Origin: Patescibacteria group bacterium UBA4787 | GTDB lineage: Bacteria > Patescibacteriota > Patescibacteriia > UBA2591 > UBA4787 | DNA length: 48,081 nucleotides | Assembly: GCA_002402995.1 (NCBI GenBank) | Contig: DHGX01000004.1 | Span: 312,019-360,099, forward strand | Direction: 5' to 3' | Part shown: positions 25,960-32,736 of the stretch, one piece after another | Position numbering within the stretch: position 1 is the stretch's first letter | Layout: each line of letters opens with the position of its first letter | Position numbers and translations under genes: made by a program | Notes under the pieces: generated by a model | Seen by the model: only the letters and a program-made list of their open reading frames with translations | Databases searched by the model: none | What the model was told of the DNA's origin: nothing

Positions 25960-26577
25960 TTAATTTTTAAAAAAACCTAAACCCTTTTCTTTAACAAATT
26001 TTTTAAACTGCTCAAAGGCTCTTCCTCGATGACTTAATTTATTTTTTTGTTCGTCAGTCATCTCGGCGAAAGTTTGAATATATCCCTTTGGGATAAAAAT
26101 TTGATCGTAAGGAAGTTGCGGACGAATATTGCCGCCCCGCGGACCATTGGCGATTTCGCCATCATCACGACCGCAAAATATCCAAGAACGACCATCGGAC
26201 GCACAAAGCGCCAAAGCGGTTTGAAAATATGCCTTGCGTTCACCATCCGGTACATTTCTTAATTTATCGAGCGTATAAGTCATTAAATCGTCATATTTCT
26301 GAATTTCACCAACCCAACGCGCAGAATGAATTCCCGGAGCGCCATTAAGCGCTTCAATAAAAAGACCGGAGTCGTCGGCAATCGCCCATTCGCCAGCTTT
26401 GACAGCCACAAATTTCGCCTTTTTAAAGGCATTCTCTTCTAATGTGACACCGTCTTCCTCGACTTCTTCAACTATACCAGCTTCAACCGCACTAAAAACA
26501 TCAATTTTGAGATCGCTCAAGAGCGCTCTCATCTCTTTTACTTTTCCTTCGTTATGGGTGGCGAAAATAATTTTCAT
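25960..26577 (-). CDS. rdgB: Non-canonical purine NTP pyrophosphatase (RdgB/HAM1 family)
   Basis: MKIIFATHNEGKVKE, ADDSGL.IEALNGAPGI.SAR and SHRGRA motifs. Confidence 0.85.
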   Translation of the reverse strand: MKIIFATHNEGKVKEMRALLSDLKIDVFSAVEAGIVEEVEEDGVTLEENAFKKAKFVAVKAGEWAIADDSGLFIEALNGAPGIHSARWVGEIQKYDDLMTYTLDKLRNVPDGERKAYFQTALALCASDGRSWIFCGRDDGEIANGPRGGNIRPQLPYDQIFIPKGYIQTFAEMTDEQKNKLSHRGRAFEQFKKFVKEKGLGFFKN

Positions 26578-26583
26578 AAAATA

Positions 26584-26802
26584 TTATTTGATTTCTATAA
26601 TTTTTTCTCTGTTGGTATAACCGGATATAATCTCCAATTGATTTTTATTAATTCCGAGATGCTCGGCCAAAACTTTAATAATTGCCGCATTAGCTCTGCC
26701 TTGTACGGGCGGTTCTTTAACCGAAACGATAAAATTATTATCGCTTATTTTCTCAACTTTCTCTTCTTCGGCACTAGGTTTAGCTTTAATAAAAATTTTC
26801 AT
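26584..26802 (-). CDS. DUF167 (YggU-like) family protein
   Basis: 72 aa with KAKPSA......V.VKEPPVQGRAN..I...LAE.LG, the typical UPF0235 pattern. Confidence 0.7.
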   Translation of the reverse strand: MKIFIKAKPSAEEEKVEKISDNNFIVSVKEPPVQGRANAAIIKVLAEHLGINKNQLEIISGYTNREKIIEIK

Positions 26803-26806
26803 AAAG

Positions 26807-27490
26807 TTATTTATTCTTCAATCTTTTTAAAACCGCTGGGCTATTTAATTCGCGAATAGCATCTTGGGCGATCCAATGGGCGGATTTTGAATTTTTTATC
26901 TTTGAAATTTCCTTGACCGTTTTAAGCGCAGTTTTATTTAATTTTAAATTACGTTTGCCGATTTGACGCAAAGACCAATTCACCGCCTTACGTACAAAAT
27001 TTCTTCCGTCTTTTGCCTCTCGTTTGATAACTGGCAAAAATTTTATAAAATAACGGTCAGTTAAATTCTTATTTTTAAAAGCAAAGATGGCCATTAAAGC
27101 GAAACCCGCGCGCTTTTCAAACTCCTTGCTCCTTTTGCTCCATATAAAACATTTTTTATAGGCCGGATCGGCAAAAACAAAAAGATTCATGCAAGTTTCA
27201 TCGCAAACGTCCCAGCTATCAAAATTTTTAATCCATTTATCCATTTGCCGCCCGTCAACTAATTTATAATCGTCGATCATGCTGGCTAAAATTTTGGCTT
27301 CGTGCATCTTTGAATCCCATAATTTCTGGGCTAGTTTATGATCTTTGCCAATCTGTTTGGCCAGGCTCCTTAATTTTGGAATATTAATGCCTAATGTGTT
27401 ATTTGAGTTTATCCCGAATCTCGCCATGCCGACTATATTTTGGGGATTAGACCAAGATTTTAATTTTTTTACAATTTGCCGATAATACAT
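26807..27490 (-). CDS. DNA alkylation repair protein (AlkD-like HEAT-repeat family)
   Basis: 227 aa. The helical-repeat pattern with RFGI......LGI..P.LR.LAK and W......HE.+ILA resembles the DNA alkylation repair family. Confidence 0.65.
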   Translation of the reverse strand: MYYRQIVKKLKSWSNPQNIVGMARFGINSNNTLGINIPKLRSLAKQIGKDHKLAQKLWDSKMHEAKILASMIDDYKLVDGRQMDKWIKNFDSWDVCDETCMNLFVFADPAYKKCFIWSKRSKEFEKRAGFALMAIFAFKNKNLTDRYFIKFLPVIKREAKDGRNFVRKAVNWSLRQIGKRNLKLNKTALKTVKEISKIKNSKSAHWIAQDAIRELNSPAVLKRLKNK

Positions 27491-27504
27491 AACTCTTAAA
27501 AACC

Positions 27505-27741
27505 TTAATGCAACGGGATGTTGGGACGCGGTGGTTTATTATTTTCTGCGTTGTTAATTTTATTCTCAATTTTATCACCGCTTTTAAAAATCGCTTTGAG
27601 CGCGGTTTTAATTACATTGCGCAACAAATAGACAATAAACAATAAAATCACGCCATTACCAAAAATGACCTGGATGGTTCTATTCGTCTCGGTTTGGCCG
27701 CTAAATTTTTGCCAGAGAGTTTGAATAAATGATTCAAACAT
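27505..27741 (-). CDS. Hypothetical small single-pass membrane protein
   Basis: 78-aa ORF with one hydrophobic segment (VIFGNGVILLFIVYLL). No SD was seen and no family recognised. Confidence 0.4.
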   Translation of the reverse strand: MFESFIQTLWQKFSGQTETNRTIQVIFGNGVILLFIVYLLRNVIKTALKAIFKSGDKIENKINNAENNKPPRPNIPLH

Positions 27742-27940
27742 AAATTGTGTCGATATTTATTATATCCGCTACCAATTACATCATAGCATTAAATTCCCGA
27801 ATAGAGTAGGAGGGAAAATTCCTCCTGCTATATAATCCCCGCCTGCCAAAGCCTGCCAACCAAGTTAAATCTTAAAATGGAGCGCTAATTAATCTCTGTG
27901 GCCGAACCTTAACTCGGGGCGTAGGCATATGGCGGGCAGG

Positions 27941-28073
27941 TCGCTCGCTCAGAAAAAGAAAATAAATTTTCTTTTCCTCACTCGCTTCAATTATATCCGT
28001 GTTTTGCGGATGTAATTTTGTTCGCTCGGAAAAATGAAACTCCGTTTCTTTTTCCTCGTTCACTTCAATTATA
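27941..28073. repeat. Two tandem about-80-bp units of a hairpin-containing element
   Basis: Unit 1 is TCGCTCGCTCAG-[AGAAAAAGAAAAT/ATTTTCTTTTCCT]-CACTCGCTTCAATTATA. Unit 2 is TTCGCTCGG-[GGAAAAATGAAAC/GTTTCTTTTTCC]-TCGTTCACTTCAATTATA. The flanks are conserved and the hairpin arms differ but stay complementary. Confidence 0.7.
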
Positions 28074-28076
28074 AAC

Positions 28077-28132
28077 AAAAAGTAGCTCCGATTAAAATGG
28101 TCAACAAGGACCAATAAGGCGGAGCTACTTTT
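28077..28132. terminator. Long-loop hairpin flanked by A- and T-runs (bidirectional terminator-like)
   Basis: AAAAGTAGCTCCG (28077-28090) pairs with CGGAGCTACTTTT (28120-28132) across a 29-nt loop. It lies immediately after the stop of an open frame on the minus strand. Confidence 0.4.
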
Positions 28133-28171
28133 TTAGATTAACTAAAATAAAAAAAATGTCTATAAACCACC

Positions 28172-28180
28172 TGTGGATAA
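28172..28180 (-). promoter_or_regulatory. Perfect DnaA-box 9-mer (TTATCCACA on the minus strand)
   Basis: The plus strand reads CTGTGGATAA. Confidence 0.4.
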
Positions 28181-28264
28181 TTTTTACCCTCATACCAACC
28201 TCGGAAACGATTAAAATAATACCACCAATAAAGAACAATGGCGACTTCGTCTTTGATTGTTATA

Positions 28265-28295
28265 TTGACACCCTCGCGCCAAAGATTGATATAAT
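28265..28295 (+). promoter_or_regulatory. Candidate sigma70 promoter with extended -10
   Basis: TTGACA (28265-28270), a long 19-nt spacer, then TGATATAAT (28287-28295). It points toward the tandem hairpins. Confidence 0.35.
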
Positions 28296-28319
28296 ATAGG
28301 GGTTTATGAAAAACAAAAT

Positions 28320-28422
28320 GGAGCTCTGGTCAACTTAATCCCGAAAGATTATGAAGAAACAGGGCTCCACTTTGTAGTTCTACACTACATAATCCCGAAA
28401 GATTTTGAAGAAGTAGAACTAC
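28320..28422. ncRNA. Candidate structured RNA: two tandem hairpins with conserved loop and covarying stems
   Basis: Hairpin 1 pairs 28320-28328 with 28360-28368 (9 bp). Hairpin 2 pairs 28374-28383 with 28413-28422 (10 bp). The loops share TAATCCCGAAAGATTNTGAAGAA. The strand could not be decided. Confidence 0.5.
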
Positions 28423-28465
28423 ATTACTAACCTAACACATTATATTATACTGTCTACCTGTTTGC

Positions 28466-28474
28466 TGTGGATAA
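28466..28474 (-). promoter_or_regulatory. Perfect DnaA-box 9-mer (TTATCCACA on the minus strand)
   Basis: The plus strand reads CTGTGGATAA, in the same orientation as the 28172 copy. Confidence 0.4.
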
Positions 28475-28500
28475 CTTCGGCTGACCGTAGAACTCCTATT

Positions 28501-29214
28501 TTATCTAATATGTACGGCTAAATAACTAGCAATTATGGCGGCGGTTTCAGCGCGTAGATTACTTTTACCCAAACTAACAACCACTAGATCGTTTTCTTCT
28601 GCTATTCTAATTTCTTGCTCGGTCCAACCGCCCTCCGGACCAATAAAAATGCCAATCGTTAAATCGTCTCGTGAAGTATCAAGTCTAGTGTCGGGAAAAA
28701 ATCTGCTGCGGCGATCGAAAAATAAATTTAAAAAATTGGTTTTAGCGCTGATAATTGCGTCTGGAAAATTAATAATTTCTTTTACGCTTGGTGTTTCTCC
28801 TCTTTCTGATTGCTCAACCGCCCCTTGAACAATCTTTTTCAGACGAGGAAAATTAAGATCAGTTTTAACTGTATGCTCGCAAACGATCGGAACAATTTCT
28901 TTGACCCCAATTTCTGTTGCCTTTTGCGCAACCCATTCAAAGTTATCTTTCTTTAAAACTGAACAATATAAAATTACTTGAACGGCTGGTTCGTTTCGAT
29001 TCTTTTTAACTTCTATAATTTCTAACTCTAAACCTGATTTGCCTATATTTATAATTTTGGCCTTGACTTCTTCGAGCTGGCCGTCAGAAAGAATAATATA
29101 ATCTCCCTTTTTTAATCGCAAAACATTTTTAACTTGATTCAAGATGTCAAAATCGCCAATCGCTAAAAACCGACTACTAAAATTAAAATCGCCGACGAAT
29201 CTATGTATATGCAT
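28501..29214 (-). CDS. rsmE: 16S rRNA (uracil1498-N3)-methyltransferase RsmE
   Basis: 237 aa with MHIHRF start, a PUA-like N-terminal region, and C-terminal IGPEGGWTEQE...LG..NLRAETA. Confidence 0.85.
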   Translation of the reverse strand: MHIHRFVGDFNFSSRFLAIGDFDILNQVKNVLRLKKGDYIILSDGQLEEVKAKIINIGKSGLELEIIEVKKNRNEPAVQVILYCSVLKKDNFEWVAQKATEIGVKEIVPIVCEHTVKTDLNFPRLKKIVQGAVEQSERGETPSVKEIINFPDAIISAKTNFLNLFFDRRSRFFPDTRLDTSRDDLTIGIFIGPEGGWTEQEIRIAEENDLVVVSLGKSNLRAETAAIIASYLAVHIR

Positions 29215-29643
29215 AAATAATTATAATTTTAATCGAAACGGATTCGCCAATTGTAACTTCTGAATGTTTAATCATATTTTTTAAAATTCTCTTTGATTCT
29301 TCGTAGAATTAAGTTCGTTCATAAAAATACAATTAATTTATTAAAATATTTAAGAAGTCTTGAAATTAAAAAGCCCATCCTTGATAACCAGGCAATTAGC
29401 TCCAAAGAACTAATTCGGACGATCTTTATGATTTAGGCTTTTCCAGAGTTTAACACCATGAAGGGATTTGACCCCAGAATAGTTTTACATAAAGAATTTT
29501 CGTCGCAGGGTAAACTCGCAACGCCAGACCAAGGTCCAACAATATTTAGAGTTCCCAAATTAAGAACAATTACAGAACTTTTGCCATGATTATTTTGGAA
29601 GAGCTAACTATATTATATCAGATTTTGACAAGTATTAAAAGAC

Positions 29644-29652
29644 ATATCCACA
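29644..29652 (+). promoter_or_regulatory. Near-perfect DnaA box (ATATCCACA, 8/9)
   Basis: The reverse complement reads GCTGTGGATAT and shares the extended CTGTGGATA core with the other two copies. It is in the opposite orientation. Confidence 0.3.
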
Positions 29653-29665
29653 GCCAATTTAGGCC

Positions 29666-30133
29666 TCATTTAAGCAATTCTTCGGGGTTATAAATAGAAA
29701 CAAAATCCATCTTCTGATAATTGTAAATTTCATCTTCGTTGAAGAAACGCCAGACTTCTTTTTCCGCATTTTCTGCCGAATCCGAAGCGTGAACGATATT
29801 GTACGACTGGCTCATAGAAAAATCTCCGCGGATACTTCCGGCATCGGCCTTACGGCCGAGAGTCGGACCGACAATCAAGCGTACCGCCTCAATGACATCG
29901 ACTCCTTCTAAAACCATAGCCACCACCGGCGAACTTTTCATAAAATCGCAAAGCGGTTTGAAGAACGGTTTATCCTTGTGGTGCGCGTAATGATCAATCA
30001 ATTGTTCGTCGGTTAACTGAATCATCTTGAGGCCAACAATTTTTAATCCTTTTTTTTCAAAACGAGAAATAATTTCTCCTAAAAGATTGCGCTGCAGGGC
30101 GTCTGGCTTAATTAAAATTAAAGTTTTTTGCAT
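29666..30133 (-). CDS. ndk: Nucleoside diphosphate kinase
   Basis: TLILIKPDA, GPTLG and NIVHASDS (active-site His). The gene ends in a TGA stop. Confidence 0.93.
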   Translation of the reverse strand: MQKTLILIKPDALQRNLLGEIISRFEKKGLKIVGLKMIQLTDEQLIDHYAHHKDKPFFKPLCDFMKSSPVVAMVLEGVDVIEAVRLIVGPTLGRKADAGSIRGDFSMSQSYNIVHASDSAENAEKEVWRFFNEDEIYNYQKMDFVSIYNPEELLK

Positions 30134-30137
30134 AAAT

Positions 30138-31037
30138 TTACTTGCTTATTTTATAATTTAAAATTTCTCCGTCTGTTGTAAATATAATATCACCATCTTT
30201 GTCTGTTCGCAAGATTCGGCTATTAACCTTATTTAAATTTAATATCGTAGATAAATTGGGATGTCCAAGCCTATTATCCTCGCCTACTGAAATCACAGCA
30301 TAATGAGGACGAGCTTCTTCTAAAAATCTAATAGTCGAAGAAGTTTTTGAACCATGATGAGCGACTTTTAAAACATCGGCGGACAAATTTACGCCGTTGT
30401 TTAATATTTTTTTTTCGATATTTTGGTTAATATCGCCAGTAAATAAAAATGAAATTTTTCCAAAACTTAACTTAAATGCCAAGGAACCGAGATTGTCGTC
30501 TTTAAGCGATTGACCATTGATGTTTTTTTCTGGCCAGAAAAACTTTAAAAATATATTTTCGCTTAATTCTAATTGTTCGGGACCGTTAAATATTAGAACT
30601 GGAATATTTTTATTTTTTATAATTTCTTGCCATTCGCGATAAACCCGGTTTGAGTCGCTAACGCCAGTATAAAATATTTTTGAAACCGTGAATCTTTTTA
30701 AAACCTCAACCAAGCCGTTGAGGTGATCGGAGTCGGGATGCGTTAAAATCATTAAATCAATAGTTCGATTCTGATTTGGTAAATATTTATCAAGTTTGTA
30801 AATTACGTTTTTATCCGGACCACCGTCAATTAAAATATTCTCCTTGTCCGGCAGTGTAACCAAAGCCGCATCGCCCTGCCCAATATCAAAAAAACTTACC
30901 TTTAATTGAGGCGGCGAGTTATTATTAGAAGCGGGAAATACCCAAAAATAACCAATTACTAGGATGCTTAAGACTAAGCAAACGACTAAAGCCTTAATTA
31001 CTAGACGATAATTTAATCTTCCTTTTAGAGTGAACAT
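30138..31037 (-). CDS. comEC: ComEC C-terminal module: membrane-anchored metallo-beta-lactamase fold protein
   Basis: N-terminal TM segment, then FFDIGQGDAAL, LTHPDSDHLNG and KVAHHGS motifs. Confidence 0.8.
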   Translation of the reverse strand: MFTLKGRLNYRLVIKALVVCLVLSILVIGYFWVFPASNNNSPPQLKVSFFDIGQGDAALVTLPDKENILIDGGPDKNVIYKLDKYLPNQNRTIDLMILTHPDSDHLNGLVEVLKRFTVSKIFYTGVSDSNRVYREWQEIIKNKNIPVLIFNGPEQLELSENIFLKFFWPEKNINGQSLKDDNLGSLAFKLSFGKISFLFTGDINQNIEKKILNNGVNLSADVLKVAHHGSKTSSTIRFLEEARPHYAVISVGEDNRLGHPNLSTILNLNKVNSRILRTDKDGDIIFTTDGEILNYKISK

Positions 31038-32598
31038 AAATTAAGATGATGGCTAAAGTTATATAACAACAAATCATAAAAATTATACCGAAATTCTTGA
31101 TGGAAAGAGCAGCTAAAGGAATTTTAGATAAAAATTCTAAAATGAATAAAACGTAATCCAAAATAATCTTTAACGGCCAAACTAAAATAGTTATCAAAAA
31201 CGAGGGTAGCCAGACTAAAAGAGCAAAAACAAATCCCGTGCTCATGATATATGGCAGAACCGGCAAAACCAACAGATTAGCAAGGGGCGCGACAAGTGAT
31301 AGATTGTTAAAATAATAAACAATTAACGGTAGAATAAAAATTTGGGCCGCGAAAGTGGTAGCTACTAAATCACGAATGCCAAATTTTGAAGGTAAAATGT
31401 TTAATTTTTCTGACAAATAAGATTGACATAAAATAATACCCAAAACCGAACCGAAAGATAATTGAAAACCTATATCACCCAAGAGAAGTTTGGGATTAAA
31501 AAACAACATTGACGCTGCAGCTAAAATTAAAGCATTAATAGAATAATTTGGACGGCCGATCTTTTGAGCGAACAAAACCAATAAAATCATAATCGCCGAG
31601 CGCACAGCTGAAGCGGGTGCGCCAACCAACAAAACAAAAAATATAATACTAACCAGAGAAAAATAAAAAGCTCTTTGGCGTTTTAACTTAAAAATATTTA
31701 TCGCCAACCACTGAAAAATTATCGCCATAATCGCCAGATGTAAGCCGGAAACCGCAACAATGTGGCTTGTCCCTGTTAAAGAAAATTGGTTGATGGCGTC
31801 TGACGGCAAATCTTTTTTAAAACCCAATATCAAGGCCTCTAAAAGAGCGCCTGAAAGCGGTGGAAAATATCTTTGTATTTCTGTTTTTAACACGCTCCTG
31901 ATTCTAAAAATAGAGCCCATAAACACATTTTCTTTATGGCTTATAATCTCAAACCAATAGACATAACAAGTGCTATAAATATTTTTAGTGGCCAGATACT
32001 CATAATAGTCAAAATTGTCGAACATGACTGGTTTGCGCAAAGAACATTCGGTTTTTATAATATCTCCATAATCTACCCTTGTATATAAAGGAAAGGTCAA
32101 AGCGACTCTGCCATGAATTTTTATTTGATTTTCTTTATTTTTTATATCGGCTATGTTTATAGCTTCGCCGATAGCACTAACTGATTTTATACCCTCTTCC
32201 GGCATATTTCTAATCCGCAAAATAATTTGTGCCTTACCCTTGTTATTATAAAAATCTACGTCTTGAGAATTAAATTTATGCTGAGAAAAACTATATCTTA
32301 TCAATCCGACACCAATTGCGATAAAACAAAATAACAAAATCGTTCCTTTTTTAATAAATGATTTTTGACCGCCCCCTTTCTGTTTTTTTAAAAGATAAAA
32401 TAAAATCAGCGCCAAAAAAATAAGAGGAATTAGAATATAAAAAAATTGCCACCTTTTCCCAAAGGAAGCGGCGGCAACTCCGACAATAAAACTTAACAAT
32501 ATAAATTGGAAAATTTTTGCCTTACCGATCATGGAATAATTCAAAATTTGTATCTTTAAAAAAGAAGCGACGGAAACTATCTTAGCAAACTCTACCAT
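30994..32598 (-). CDS. comEC: ComEC/Rec2 DNA internalization channel (DUF4131 plus competence domain)
   Basis: 534-aa polytopic protein with LTGTSHIVAVSGLHLAI and the typical competence-domain TM pattern. It overlaps the MBL ORF by 44 nt in another frame. Confidence 0.8.
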   Translation of the reverse strand: MVEFAKIVSVASFLKIQILNYSMIGKAKIFQFILLSFIVGVAAASFGKRWQFFYILIPLIFLALILFYLLKKQKGGGQKSFIKKGTILLFCFIAIGVGLIRYSFSQHKFNSQDVDFYNNKGKAQIILRIRNMPEEGIKSVSAIGEAINIADIKNKENQIKIHGRVALTFPLYTRVDYGDIIKTECSLRKPVMFDNFDYYEYLATKNIYSTCYVYWFEIISHKENVFMGSIFRIRSVLKTEIQRYFPPLSGALLEALILGFKKDLPSDAINQFSLTGTSHIVAVSGLHLAIMAIIFQWLAINIFKLKRQRAFYFSLVSIIFFVLLVGAPASAVRSAIMILLVLFAQKIGRPNYSINALILAAASMLFFNPKLLLGDIGFQLSFGSVLGIILCQSYLSEKLNILPSKFGIRDLVATTFAAQIFILPLIVYYFNNLSLVAPLANLLVLPVLPYIMSTGFVFALLVWLPSFLITILVWPLKIILDYVLFILEFLSKIPLAALSIKNFGIIFMICCYITLAIILIYVHSKRKIKLSSSN

Positions 32599-32640
32599 AT
32601 CAAGCTATTCACTATTTAGTCTGTTTAGTCTGTTGTAAAA

Positions 32641-32736
32641 TTATACCGATCCTTTATCTGCATCTACCTCAACCATATCGCCGTCTTTGAGTATTTGAGT
32701 AGCAATTTTTATCCCGATAATACAAGGTTTATTCAT
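32641..32736 (-). pseudogene. 31-codon relic resembling the C-terminal end of a PEP-utilizing-enzyme mobile domain
   Basis: MNKPCIIGIKIATQILKDGDMVEVDADKGSV* resembles the conserved P.V.G...AT..L.DGD.V.VD...G.V end of the PEP-utilizer swivel domain. It is too short to be a domain. Confidence 0.35.

Noticed and set aside
27846-27866. Tandem GCCTGCCAA x2 as a sigma54 (-24/-12) promoter on the minus strand
   Set aside because: The GG-to-GC spacing does not fit the TGGCAC-N5-TTGC consensus, and no sigma54-dependent context is evident.
27872-28114. 80-aa minus-strand ORF from the track (MVLVDHFNRSYFLFIIEVNEEK...)
   Set aside because: Its internal protein repeat simply mirrors the two tandem about-80-bp hairpin elements. 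It has no SD and starts inside the loop of the 28077-28132 hairpin. The same element translates to similar peptides in unrelated contexts, such as the antisense strand of glyA. I treat it as non-coding repeat DNA.
27742-29665. Chromosomal replication origin (oriC) at the DnaA-box cluster around rsmE
   Set aside because: There is no dnaA or dnaN nearby. All flanking genes on both sides are on the minus strand, so there is no leading-strand switch. Only three boxes are present. The idea is retained only as a low-probability alternative in the DnaA-box finding.
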